From Bacillota bacterium (GTDB lineage Bacteria; Bacillota_I; Bacilli_A; RF39; UBA660): a stretch of DNA of 64,000 bases. Made by a program: the position numbers and the translations under genes. The first letter of the stretch is position 1, and every line of letters starts with the position of its first letter. Shown here piece after piece: positions 40,451-49,659 of the stretch. The notes below the pieces were generated by a model. The model saw nothing but the letters and a program-made list of their open reading frames with translations. It ran no database searches and was not told the origin of the DNA. The stretch spans positions 5,621 to 69,620 of the forward strand of contig SVAO01000002.1 in the NCBI GenBank assembly GCA_015059365.1. Reading direction: 5' to 3'.

Positions 40451-41089
40451 ATGATTAATAAGTTGGAACAAATCATTAAGAATAAAGATGTAGTTATTCC
40501 TAATTTGTTGTTTTATAATTATAGAAAACTGAATATGAATGCTGAGGAATTAATTTTACTTTCTTATTTAATTAATGAAGGACAATGTTTTAATCCTAAA
40601 AAGATAAGTTTGGATTTATCTATTCCATTGGGAGAGTTAATGGAGACCTTAGAACATTTAAAGGAGTTAGACTTAGTTCAAATTGAGTTAAAAAAAGTTA
40701 ATAATGTTAGAGCAGAAGTAATTAATATGGAAGGTTTTTATAACAAACTATTAAAATTATTGATGGATGATGAACCGAAAGATAATAGTTCTAAAATTTT
40801 TGATACATTTGAACATGAATTTGGTAGAACTTTATCACCTATGGAGTATGAGATAATTAATGCTTGGAAGGATAATAATATAGAGGAAGAAACTATATTA
40901 TTAGCGTTGAAAGAAGCAGTTTATAATGGTGTTAATAATTTAAGATATATTGACAAGATATTAAATGAGTGGGCAAAAAAAGGAATTAAGACCAAAGATG
41001 ATTTAGAAAATAATAAAAGAAATTTTAGTAGTGTAAAAAAGGAATATCCACAGGAAGTAGATTATGATTGGTTAAATGATGAAGAGTAG
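40451..41089 (+). CDS. dnaD: DnaD-domain replication initiation / membrane attachment protein
   Basis: ATG 40451 after GGTGGTGA; winged-helix N-domain, C-terminal DnaD repeat FEHEFGRTLSPMEYEIINAW ... YIDKILNEW. Confidence 0.8.
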   Translation: MINKLEQIIKNKDVVIPNLLFYNYRKLNMNAEELILLSYLINEGQCFNPKKISLDLSIPLGELMETLEHLKELDLVQIELKKVNNVRAEVINMEGFYNKLLKLLMDDEPKDNSSKIFDTFEHEFGRTLSPMEYEIINAWKDNNIEEETILLALKEAVYNGVNNLRYIDKILNEWAKKGIKTKDDLENNKRNFSSVKKEYPQEVDYDWLNDEE

Positions 41090-41696
41090 TGAAATAGTTT
41101 TATATTTGGACAAAATAATACCAAATCCAAAATGTGAACTTGAATATGATAAAGATTACGAATTGTTAATTGCAACAATGTTAAGTGCTCAAACAACAGA
41201 TAAAAGGGTTAATATGGTAACAAGAATACTTTTTAAAAAATATCCTAGTCTTGAGACTTTAAATGAAGCTTCTTTAGATGACTTGATAGAAATAATTAAA
41301 CCGGTAGGAACATTTAATAAAAAGGCAATTAATATTAAAATGATTGTAAAAGATTTGTTGGAAAAGTCAGAAGGCAAAGTTCCTAATGATAGAATATTTT
41401 TAGAGTCTTTAAGTGGTGTTGGAAGAAAAACTGCTAATGTAGTTTTAAGTAATTTGTTTGATGAAGATTGTATTGCTGTGGATACTCATGTTTCTAGAGT
41501 TAGCAAGAGATTAGGGATTGCTAACGAAGAAGATGGTGTTTATGAAATTGAAGATAAGTTAAATAAGTTTTTTAGAGGGAAAAAATTAAGACGAATTCAT
41601 CATCAATTAGTATTATTTGGAAGATATAATTGTAAGGCGATAAAACCAATGTGTGAAAATTGTGGTTTAAAAAAGTATTGTAAAAAAAACAGTTAG
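41076..41696 (+). CDS. nth: Endonuclease III
   Basis: HhH-GPD (LSGVGRKTANVVL, VDTHV) and C-x6-C-x2-C-x5-C iron-sulfur cluster loop. Confidence 0.92.
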   Translation: MMKSSEIVLYLDKIIPNPKCELEYDKDYELLIATMLSAQTTDKRVNMVTRILFKKYPSLETLNEASLDDLIEIIKPVGTFNKKAINIKMIVKDLLEKSEGKVPNDRIFLESLSGVGRKTANVVLSNLFDEDCIAVDTHVSRVSKRLGIANEEDGVYEIEDKLNKFFRGKKLRRIHHQLVLFGRYNCKAIKPMCENCGLKKYCKKNS

Positions 41697-41708
41697 AAAT
41701 TTTAAATT

Positions 41709-44594
41709 CTAACTGTTTTTAATTTCGATTGTTTTTATAAGTTCTTCAGAATATCCTTGATAAGAAATATGATATTTAATTGTGTATGTTCCAACAATAG
41801 AAGTGTCTATAGTTGTACTTGGACCTTCTATTGTGGTTGTAATTGTGGCTTGATCTGTAATATCAATCATATTTTCTAGAACGATAACAGGTTTGTTTGG
41901 TTCAGTGTAAGGTGTGTTAATTGATAACTGAAGACTATTTTCTCCATTAATGTAACTAGTTATTATTGATTGATTAATAGTGGCAGAAACGGTTGTTTCT
42001 GTACCTTGACTAGCATTATCTTTAAAAATTGTATAACTTGTTTTAACTACAAATGTAGTAGATGGTTCAGTAACTATGGTTGAATAACTGGTATCAATTG
42101 TATTAGCTAAGAATGTTAGTGAACCGTCTATTTCCTTTTTATAAATATCATAACTAATAGTTCCGATGTTTGCCTCATTATATTGCATTCTTTCAATTAC
42201 AAATTCATTTAATGCTTCTTCAGTGTAGAATATTGAAGAGAATTCTTGTCTAATAGATGCTTCATCAATTGTAGTTGAAGTAACTGCATCCCAAGTTAGA
42301 GTGACTTGATTTTCAACGGTAGTGGCTTTCAAGTTTCTAACATCATTTAATTGTTTAAATCTGGTTGATGTTTCTGTCGGTTCAGTTCCAACTTTAAATA
42401 TTTCAATAGTTTTTAGGTCTTCAGGAGTATAATCACTTGCTAACATAGGAGTGGATGTTCCAGATTCAATTTCTACTTCAACTATACTGTTTGGCATTGT
42501 AAAGTCTGCTGTTCCATCTAAAATTCCTTTGATAACTGCTTTAAACAATCTTGTATTTTGTCCTGATGAAGTTTTGTTGTAATATTCTTTATAAATGTGA
42601 TCATAACCGTACCATAATGCGATTGAATAATCTCTTGAATATCCAGCAACCCATAAATCATTAACAGCATTACTAGGTAATCCGTGTAATTTTTTTGTTT
42701 CGCTTGTAAAATTAGTAGTACCTGTTTTATCAGCATATGTAATACCATTAACCTTATTTGCCCCTGTTGTATATTTTGCAGCATCAATTAAAACGCTTGT
42801 AATCATATATGCTGTTTCTTCTGACATCGCTTCTTGTGTTTTAGGCGTAACTATAAACTCTTGATTTGTTTCAGTATAAACCAATTTAGTAAAACTGTGA
42901 GGTTCAATATATGTTCCACCATTAGCAAAAGCAGCATAGGCAGCAACTAATGTTAATGGAGATTCGCCATTGTATCCACCAACAGCATGTGCTTCGTGGA
43001 TAATTCCGTTTGAAACTTCTGGGTTTAATCCTAAGTTAGAAACAAATTGATTAATTTGTTTATTTGATACCTTTTTAAATGTTTTTAATGCGGTTGTATT
43101 ACGTGAAACCTTTAATGTTTCTCGTAAAGTCATATAACCTTTAAATTTACCATCCCAATTGTTGATAGTATTATCTGGATTGCTAGAGTATCCATGTTCT
43201 TCATCAACTAATGGTTGGGAAGGGGACCAATTTAAATATTCAAATGCAGGACCGTAGTCATATAAAGGTTTAGCGGTAGAACCTATTTGGTTTTTAATCA
43301 TTGTTGCATAATTATATGAACCCACAGAATTTTTATTACGGCCACCGCCAACCGCTATTATGGCTCCGGTATCAGTATCAGTAACTATAATTCCTGCCTG
43401 TACTACGTCGTTTTCCCAATTGTAAGTTTTTCCATTCATAATATCATCTAAATATTCTTGTTTACTACGATTCATATTAGTATATATTTGCATTGGAATT
43501 TGATATGGATTTTGAGCTTCTCCGGTTTTTTCTTTAGTTCTTCGTTTAACTTCTTCTACAACAGTGTCAATATAACTTTGATATGCATAATACTCGCTAT
43601 TTGATGAAGAATTATTTTTTAAAACAATATCTTCAACTGTTAATTTTTCAGCTATTTGTCTTTCTTCTTCAGTTATATAACCATGTCTAACCATTAAGGC
43701 TAATACGGTTTTACGTCTAGCTTCAGTATTGTCTTGATAAAGATATGGATCATAAGCGTTACCACCTTTAAACAATCCAGCAATCATGGCTGCTTCTGAT
43801 AAGTTTATTTCAGAAACACTTTTTCCAAAGTAGTTTTGACACGCTTGTTCAACTCCGTATGCACCATTACCCATATAATAAGAGTTAACATAGAATTCTA
43901 ATATTTCCTCTTTTGTATATGTTTTTTCAATTTTAAATATTGATAAATATATATCGGTAAATTTTCTTTTTATTCCTTCCCAACCATTACTTACAGGGGA
44001 GGTATAAGCATTTTTAGCAACTTGCATAGTTATTGTTGATGCACCACCACCGCCACTGCCTAATATTTGAGTTACAGATGCTTTCATAAAACGTAGAGCA
44101 TCAAATCCATTATGTTCATAAAATCTTGAATCTTCAGTAGCTATAATGGCATCAATTAAAACTTGAGGTAAATCTTCATATGCTATTTTAATACGCTTTT
44201 CACTACCCAATTTAGCGAAAACTTCACCGTTGCTATCGTATAAGATAGTTGCTTCTTTTGTATATAAGTTTTCAGCTTTAAATTCAGGTGCATCTTTAAC
44301 AATAATAATTATAAATATTCCAATGCCTATTAATCCTAAAATAAACAAAGAAAGAAGACTAATAAGAAATATTTTTCTTTTCTTTTTTCTTTTTCTTTTA
44401 GTGCCAGTGCATAAAAAGGCATATATTAATGACATAAAAATATCAAACATAATAAATAGGACTGCTGTAGTTAAAAGACCTAAAAATTTTGTACCTAGTA
44501 TAATTCCTATTATATTAATTAAAATCATAATTATAGTAAATTTTCTGGTAAATATATTTTTTATAAATTTTTTAAAATTAAACTTCTTTTTCAT
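41709..44594 (-). CDS. ponA: Class A penicillin-binding protein 1A/1B with ~270-aa C-terminal extension
   Basis: EDSRFYEHNGFD, GASTITMQ, STAKP, SRN, KTGTT; start overlaps recU as in the Bacillus recU-ponA operon; C-terminal FN3-like segment (VTLTWDAV). Confidence 0.9.
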   Translation of the reverse strand: MKKKFNFKKFIKNIFTRKFTIIMILINIIGIILGTKFLGLLTTAVLFIMFDIFMSLIYAFLCTGTKRKRKKKRKIFLISLLSLFILGLIGIGIFIIIIVKDAPEFKAENLYTKEATILYDSNGEVFAKLGSEKRIKIAYEDLPQVLIDAIIATEDSRFYEHNGFDALRFMKASVTQILGSGGGGASTITMQVAKNAYTSPVSNGWEGIKRKFTDIYLSIFKIEKTYTKEEILEFYVNSYYMGNGAYGVEQACQNYFGKSVSEINLSEAAMIAGLFKGGNAYDPYLYQDNTEARRKTVLALMVRHGYITEEERQIAEKLTVEDIVLKNNSSSNSEYYAYQSYIDTVVEEVKRRTKEKTGEAQNPYQIPMQIYTNMNRSKQEYLDDIMNGKTYNWENDVVQAGIIVTDTDTGAIIAVGGGRNKNSVGSYNYATMIKNQIGSTAKPLYDYGPAFEYLNWSPSQPLVDEEHGYSSNPDNTINNWDGKFKGYMTLRETLKVSRNTTALKTFKKVSNKQINQFVSNLGLNPEVSNGIIHEAHAVGGYNGESPLTLVAAYAAFANGGTYIEPHSFTKLVYTETNQEFIVTPKTQEAMSEETAYMITSVLIDAAKYTTGANKVNGITYADKTGTTNFTSETKKLHGLPSNAVNDLWVAGYSRDYSIALWYGYDHIYKEYYNKTSSGQNTRLFKAVIKGILDGTADFTMPNSIVEVEIESGTSTPMLASDYTPEDLKTIEIFKVGTEPTETSTRFKQLNDVRNLKATTVENQVTLTWDAVTSTTIDEASIRQEFSSIFYTEEALNEFVIERMQYNEANIGTISYDIYKKEIDGSLTFLANTIDTSYSTIVTEPSTTFVVKTSYTIFKDNASQGTETTVSATINQSIITSYINGENSLQLSINTPYTEPNKPVIVLENMIDITDQATITTTIEGPSTTIDTSIVGTYTIKYHISYQGYSEELIKTIEIKNS

Positions 44595-45165
44595 AAAATT
44601 CTCCTTTGAAATACATTTTGTCTATAATATCTAAATAATCGATACGAGGGTTATATTTGTCATGAATTTGTGTTGCATGTTTTTTTAAGAAATCTAATGA
44701 TATAGATTTCTTATCATAGTTATTCAGAAAATAATCTAGTTTTTCATATGTTAATAAAAATGTTAAATTTAATTTGGAAAATCTGATTATTAAGAATGAA
44801 ATTCCACCGTGACAATATATTCTTTTTAAATGTTCAATTTGATGTTTATGGATATTACATAGTGGAAAGCTAGTTAAATTAGTTGTTTCCTTTGCTTCAA
44901 AATCTATATACTTTCCTTTATATATTCCATTATAATCAGTAGTTGATGGGGTTTTAAAATATGCTTTAGTAATAACCGCATCCCTTCTAGAAGGATAATT
45001 TACATCTACAATAGTAATTGGGGTTGGTTTTTTGTAAATTACTGCAATGTTGCTATTTAAATAATATTCATTAGTGCAATTAATATCATTTTCTAAACTC
45101 ATACCACGATTGCTATAGTTTTTTTGATGTTGAAAACATTTCTTAATCCCAGATGGATAATTCAT
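44578..45165 (-). CDS. recU: Holliday junction resolvase RecU
   Basis: NRGMSLENDIN ... YKKPTPITIVDV ... DFEAKET pattern of RecU; upstream of ponA. Confidence 0.9.
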   Translation of the reverse strand: MNYPSGIKKCFQHQKNYSNRGMSLENDINCTNEYYLNSNIAVIYKKPTPITIVDVNYPSRRDAVITKAYFKTPSTTDYNGIYKGKYIDFEAKETTNLTSFPLCNIHKHQIEHLKRIYCHGGISFLIIRFSKLNLTFLLTYEKLDYFLNNYDKKSISLDFLKKHATQIHDKYNPRIDYLDIIDKMYFKGEFYEKEV

Positions 45166-45240
45166 ATTTTATCACCTTAAATAATTATACTATATTTTTT
45201 TAAATATATCTATAATTATTTAGTCTATTATTAACTAGTT

Positions 45241-45254
45241 TTGTCGAAAGACAA
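45241..45254 (+). promoter_or_regulatory. GAAA-tetraloop hairpin containing an exact Spo0A-box heptamer TGTCGAA
   Basis: TTGTC-GAAA-GACAA; TGTCGAA at 45242-45248, about 50 nt upstream of a 35-codon ORF. Confidence 0.25.
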
Positions 45255-45298
45255 CACTCATTATAAAAAACATGCTAGAGTATATCTGAGGTGAATTT

Positions 45299-45406
45299 AT
45301 GAATAGTCATCATATTGATAGTATTTTTAATGAAATGATTGATGATGTGCGTTATGTAAACCTTTATTCTAAGATTTATGCAAAAAAAATTTTTAAAAAT
45401 AATTAA
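45299..45406 (+). CDS. Possible 35-aa small protein (MNSHHIDSIFNEMIDDVRYVNLYSKIYAKKIFKNN)
   Basis: GAGGTGA RBS 5 nt before ATG; below ORF-track size cut-off; no homology recognisable. Confidence 0.25.
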   Translation: MNSHHIDSIFNEMIDDVRYVNLYSKIYAKKIFKNN

Positions 45407-45411
45407 TCAAC

Positions 45412-45440
45412 TTGCTAAATGTTTCTTTTTTTGTTATACT
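45412..45440 (+). promoter_or_regulatory. Sigma-A-type promoter candidate for the 366-aa surface-protein gene
   Basis: TTGCTA - 17 nt - TATACT with TGt extended -10. Confidence 0.45.
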
Positions 45441-45465
45441 TAGACTAGTTATGTGGAGGTTTTAT

Positions 45466-46566
45466 ATGGAAAAAAAGAAACTATTTTATGTTCTTACTGC
45501 TGTTATGGGAACAATGATTTTAATAATCGTAATATTTGCAATAATTAGTGCTGTTGGTGGAAAAAGATTATCTTATGATAAAATCGAAGATAAGATGAGT
45601 AGTGCAGCGAAAAATTATTTTGAAGACAATGTAAGTTCTTTGCCAAAAGAAGAGGGACAAAGTGTAACAGTTGACACAAGTACTTTGGTAAATGGTAAAT
45701 ACCTAAAACAATTATCAGATATGGCAAAAAAGGGAGTAGATTGTACAGGAAAAGTAATTGTTACTAAAAATGGTGATAGATATTTATATTCTCCTATGTT
45801 GAACTGTGGTAGTGAATATAAAACTCAAAAATTAATTGATGTGGTGACAACAAATAATCCATTGGTAATTAGTGGTGATGGTTTATATAGTTATGGAGAA
45901 GTTAGCAAATTTAAAGGCGATTATATAAATAATTACGTAAAAATAGACAATTATTTATGGAGAATATTAGATATTGATAGCGAAGGATATATGAGACTTA
46001 TCTACGCAGATAAACAAACTAAAGAAATGGAAGAAACTTATGTGTGGGATAATCGCTACAATATTGATAAAGACTCAAATTCGGGAATAAATAATTATGA
46101 AGTTAGTAGAATAAAGGAAACTATGAAAAAATTAGAAACTGAAACCTTATATATTTCTGATGAGTTTAAAGTTAATTTAGCTTATAGACCTATATGTGTA
46201 GGGAAAAGAAGTTCTACTAATGTAGCATTAAATAATAATGAAGAATGTGAGGTTACAATTTCAAATCAATTGTTTGGTTTACCTTATGTTTCAGATTATG
46301 TATCTGCAAGTACAGATGCTAATTGTATAGATATTGCTTCTGAATCTTGCAAAAATTATAATTATTTAATGAATTCTAGTCTTTCTAGTTGGACTTTAAA
46401 CGGTCAAAAAGAAAAAAGTTATAGAGTATTTAACGTTGGTAAGTTTGGATATTCAATTTCTGATGCATCAAGCGACAAAGCAATAAGACCAACAATTTAT
46501 TTAAGTAATAATGCACTTTACGAAAGTGGAAATGGTACAAAAAAAGAACCATATGTTGTTAAATAA
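45466..46566 (+). CDS. Membrane-anchored extracellular hypothetical protein (366 aa), shares module with 60462-61520
   Basis: ATG 45466 after GGAGG (ORF-track start 45412 lies on the promoter); N-terminal TM anchor; YLWRILDID ... and C-terminal AIRPTIYL motifs. Confidence 0.6.
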   Translation: MEKKKLFYVLTAVMGTMILIIVIFAIISAVGGKRLSYDKIEDKMSSAAKNYFEDNVSSLPKEEGQSVTVDTSTLVNGKYLKQLSDMAKKGVDCTGKVIVTKNGDRYLYSPMLNCGSEYKTQKLIDVVTTNNPLVISGDGLYSYGEVSKFKGDYINNYVKIDNYLWRILDIDSEGYMRLIYADKQTKEMEETYVWDNRYNIDKDSNSGINNYEVSRIKETMKKLETETLYISDEFKVNLAYRPICVGKRSSTNVALNNNEECEVTISNQLFGLPYVSDYVSASTDANCIDIASESCKNYNYLMNSSLSSWTLNGQKEKSYRVFNVGKFGYSISDASSDKAIRPTIYLSNNALYESGNGTKKEPYVVK

Positions 46567-46571
46567 CAAAA

Positions 46572-46603
46572 AGCGTTACTGATTGACAAGTAACGTTTTT
46601 TTT
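46572..46603 (+). terminator. Rho-independent terminator after 366-aa gene
   Basis: CGTTACT-gattgaca-AGTAACG plus T8. Confidence 0.75.
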
Positions 46604-46639
46604 GAGATAATATCATATATAAAAGAAAGAGGTGTTGTT

Positions 46640-46972
46640 ATGTATCAAGAAAGAATTTTGCTTACTGTTCAAGATATTTTAGATAAAGAATTTAAAATTG
46701 ATACTAGAGGGTATCGTCCTCAAGAAGTAGATAAATTTTTAGATGTGATTATTCGAGATTATGAAGAAATGTCTTCAGTAATCAAAGAACTAGAAAGTGA
46801 AAAAAAAGCCTTAGTAGATGATAATATACGCCTAAAACAAGAATTACGTACATTATCAACTAAATTAGATGTTATAAAAAATGCTGATTCAAGTGAATCA
46901 AATGGTACTAATACCGCAGATGTATTAAGACGTTTATCTAATTTAGAAAAAATTATTTATGGTAGAGAATAA
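46640..46972 (+). CDS. gpsB: Cell cycle protein GpsB (DivIVA-domain)
   Basis: ATG 46640 after AAGAGGTG; LTVQDILDKEFKIDTRGYRPQEVDKFLD canonical GpsB/DivIVA N-domain. Confidence 0.85.
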   Translation: MYQERILLTVQDILDKEFKIDTRGYRPQEVDKFLDVIIRDYEEMSSVIKELESEKKALVDDNIRLKQELRTLSTKLDVIKNADSSESNGTNTADVLRRLSNLEKIIYGRE

Positions 46973-47314
46973 ATCTTGACAAACGCTGCTTTTAAAGTAG
47001 AGGAAAGTCCATGCTCGCACTATCTGTGATGATAGTAGTGTTCGTGCATCGGGAAAAAATAACCGATGGTAGTTTAACTAACGGCGTTGAATTAACCTAA
47101 GTTATCCAATATGGTTATAGTAGACATAAAGTGCCATAGAGACGAATTCTTTTAGAAATAAAAGAGGTGGAACGAGGTAAACCCCACGAGCGAGAAACCC
47201 AAATTTTGGTAGGGGAACCTAATAGCAAAGAAACGAATTTGTTATGGGATTGAGAAATCAATAGATAAATGTTTGTCGCTTCATTTGAAGTACAGAACAT
47301 GGCTTATAAGATTT
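46971..47314 (+). ncRNA. rnpB: RNase P RNA, bacterial type B
   Basis: GAGGAAAGTCCATGCTCGCAC near 5' end and ACAGAACATGGCTTA near 3' end. P1 pairs AAATCTT (46971-77) with AAGATTT (47308-14). P2 pairs GACAAAC (46978-84) with GTTTGTC (47271-77). Located next to gpsB as in B. subtilis. Confidence 0.9.
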
Positions 47315-47343
47315 ATTTTTTTTATTTAGAAAGTAGGATAATA

Positions 47344-47820
47344 ATGAAAGAAATTGGTGAAAAACTAAAAGATGCTCGTGAAGCCATGGGTGTTAGTCTT
47401 AACGAAGCTGCCGAGGATTTAAAATTAGAAACAAGCCAAATAGAAAATCTGGAACAAGGTAATATGGAGAATTTTAAAGATATTTATTATCTTAAATATC
47501 TTATAAGAGATTATTCAAAATATTTAGGGTTAGATAAAGAGGATTTAGTAAATGAATTTAATGAATATTTATTCGATTACACATCTAAAATTTCATTAGA
47601 AGATATTAAAAAGGCTAAAGAATTTGCTAAACCAGAAGAGGATAAAATAAAATCTCCATATACTATTGAATATAAAGGTAAAACTCCAGTATTTACAGTT
47701 GTTGCATATTGTGCTATTGCATTAATATTGGTATTAATTTTAGTTTTTGTGATTTTTGAATTTACTAAAAATGAAAATAAAGATACAGAATCTATTGTTA
47801 TGAATTACGTTACTAAATAG
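47344..47820 (+). CDS. rodZ: RodZ-like cytoskeleton protein (XRE-type HTH + TM anchor)
   Basis: ATG 47344 (ORF-track start 47269 lies inside rnpB); IGEKLKDAREAMGVSLNEAAEDLKL HTH, C-terminal TM; precedes pgsA as ymfM-pgsA in Bacillus. Confidence 0.7.
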   Translation: MKEIGEKLKDAREAMGVSLNEAAEDLKLETSQIENLEQGNMENFKDIYYLKYLIRDYSKYLGLDKEDLVNEFNEYLFDYTSKISLEDIKKAKEFAKPEEDKIKSPYTIEYKGKTPVFTVVAYCAIALILVLILVFVIFEFTKNENKDTESIVMNYVTK

Positions 47821-47830
47821 GAGGCAGTGT

Positions 47831-48424
47831 ATGAATTTACCTAATCGTATTACATTATGTAGAATAATTTTATCAGTGATTATTATAGGAATTTTAATTT
47901 TTCCGTTTGACGCTAGTGGAATCATGATTCCTAAAATATTTGTAAATGAATCTATTGTAATTGATGTGAAATATTTAATTGTTGGAGTACTGTTTATTAT
48001 TGCATCACTTACAGATTTAGTTGATGGGTATTTAGCTCGTAAGTATAAAATGGTAACAGATTTAGGAAAAATGCTTGATGCTATTGCAGACAAGATTTTG
48101 GTAAATTCTGTTTTAATAGTTTTATCCACAAGTGGATTTATTCATCCAATAATTCCCGTAATAATTGTGTGTCGAGATACTGTGGTAGATGTTATAAAAA
48201 TGATTGCAGGAAATAAGGGTAAAGTAGTTGGTGCAATAAAAACAGGAAAAATAAAAACAATATTTATGATGGCTGGAATATCATTGACACTTTTCTATAA
48301 TATGCCATTTGAGTTGTGGAATATTAGAATTTCAGATATTCTATTAATTATTGCGTGTGTTCTTTCCATTGTGTCTGCTGCAGAGTATTTTAGTTTAAAT
48401 AAAAAATTAATTTTAAGTGAGTAG
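47831..48424 (+). CDS. pgsA: CDP-diacylglycerol--glycerol-3-phosphate 3-phosphatidyltransferase
   Basis: CDP-alcohol phosphotransferase motif DLVDGYLARKYKMVTDLGKMLDAIADK. Confidence 0.92.
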   Translation: MNLPNRITLCRIILSVIIIGILIFPFDASGIMIPKIFVNESIVIDVKYLIVGVLFIIASLTDLVDGYLARKYKMVTDLGKMLDAIADKILVNSVLIVLSTSGFIHPIIPVIIVCRDTVVDVIKMIAGNKGKVVGAIKTGKIKTIFMMAGISLTLFYNMPFELWNIRISDILLIIACVLSIVSAAEYFSLNKKLILSE

Positions 48425-48448
48425 AGGATTTAAAAATCCTTTTTTTTG
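48424..48448 (+). terminator. Rho-independent terminator after pgsA
   Basis: AGGATT-taaa-AATCCT plus T8. Confidence 0.65.
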
Positions 48449-48513
48449 TTATATAGAATTTAAAAATATCTAAATATATAAATTAACAATTTTAAAATTT
48501 CCAAACAAACGTT

Positions 48514-48527
48514 CGAATTTGTGTTGA
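48514..48527 (+). promoter_or_regulatory. Candidate LexA (Cheo/SOS) box overlapping recA -35
   Basis: CGAATTTGTGTTGA vs Gram-positive consensus CGAAC-N4-GTTCG (two mismatches); B. subtilis recA box also begins CGAAT by my recollection. Confidence 0.4.
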
Positions 48528-48552
48528 CAAATTTGTTTTTGTATTATAAAAT
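48524..48552 (+). promoter_or_regulatory. Sigma-A-type promoter candidate for recA
   Basis: TTGACA - 17 nt - TAAAAT. Confidence 0.5.
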
Positions 48553-48580
48553 TAAAATGTGAACGTTAGGAGGAATAAAC

Positions 48581-49612
48581 GTGGTGAAATCATCAGGAGA
48601 TAAAACTCTAGATCAAGTATTGTGTGATATTGAAAAACAATTTGGTAAAGGTGCTGTAATGAAACTTGGCGATAATGAACATAGGGAAATAGATGTTGTA
48701 CCAAGTGGCTCAATTAGTTTGGATGTGGCATTAGGAATAGGTGGATATCCTAAAGGAAGAATTATAGAGATATTTGGACCTGAATCAAGTGGTAAAACAA
48801 CATTTGCTTTGCATGCTATTGCTGAAATTCAAAAGAGAGGAGGAAGAGCTGCTTTTATTGATGCGGAACATGCTTTAGATCCGCAATACGCTGCTAAAAT
48901 TGGTGTTAATATTAATGAATTATTATTATCTCAACCAGATAATGGAGAACAAGCGTTAGAAATTTGTGAAGCCCTAGTAAGAAGTGGAGCCATTGGAATA
49001 ATAGTAATAGATTCGGTTGCAGCATTAGTTCCACAAGCTGAAATAGAAGGTGAAATGGGAGATTCTCATGTTGGACTTCAAGCAAGATTAATGAGTCAAG
49101 CATTACGTAAATTATCGGGAATTATAAATAAGACAAATACTGTCTGTATTTTCATTAATCAATTACGTGAAAAAGTTGGAGTTATATTTGGGAACCCAGA
49201 GGTTACACCAGGTGGGCGTGCTTTGAAATTTTATTCATCGATTCGTTTAGAAATTAGAAAAGGTGAGCAAATAAAATTAGGAAATGATATTATAGGTAAT
49301 AAAACGAATGTTAAGGTAGTAAAAAATAAGATGGCCCCTCCATTTAAAACCTGTTGTTTAGAAATTGCTTATGGTGTTGGTATATCTAAAACTGGTGAGG
49401 TTGTAGATATGGCAGTAGATGCTAATATTATAGAAAAAAGTGGAGCTTGGTATGCTTACAATGGTGAAAAATTAGGTCAAGGACGAGAGACTGTTAAAGA
49501 AATGCTAAAAACCAATCAGAAGTTATATAATGAGTTAGAACAAAAAGTGCGTGAGTACTATGATATTTCTGATAAAAAGAAACAAGAAGAAATAGTGAAA
49601 AAAGAAAAATAG
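48581..49612 (+). CDS. recA: Recombinase RecA
   Basis: GTG start 6 nt after AGGAGG; GPESSGKTT Walker A, full-length canonical RecA. Confidence 0.97.
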   Translation: MVKSSGDKTLDQVLCDIEKQFGKGAVMKLGDNEHREIDVVPSGSISLDVALGIGGYPKGRIIEIFGPESSGKTTFALHAIAEIQKRGGRAAFIDAEHALDPQYAAKIGVNINELLLSQPDNGEQALEICEALVRSGAIGIIVIDSVAALVPQAEIEGEMGDSHVGLQARLMSQALRKLSGIINKTNTVCIFINQLREKVGVIFGNPEVTPGGRALKFYSSIRLEIRKGEQIKLGNDIIGNKTNVKVVKNKMAPPFKTCCLEIAYGVGISKTGEVVDMAVDANIIEKSGAWYAYNGEKLGQGRETVKEMLKTNQKLYNELEQKVREYYDISDKKKQEEIVKKEK

Positions 49613-49634
49613 ATTGTGTAATCTATTTTTTTTT
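49610..49634 (+). terminator. Rho-independent terminator after recA
   Basis: TAGATT-gtgt-AATCTA plus T9. Confidence 0.65.
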
Positions 49635-49659
49635 GATATTATTGAAATAGGTGATTTGT

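Noticed and set aside
46583-46639. N-terminal extension of gpsB as given in the ORF track.
   Set aside because: The extension runs through the terminator hairpin of the upstream gene. A good RBS (AAGAGGTG) precedes ATG 46640, and the GpsB family begins at MYQERILLTVQDIL.
47115-47343. ORF 47115-47300 (-) and the first 25 codons of ORF 47269-47820 (+).
   Set aside because: They lie on the RNase P RNA. The rodZ-like gene has a proper start at 47344.
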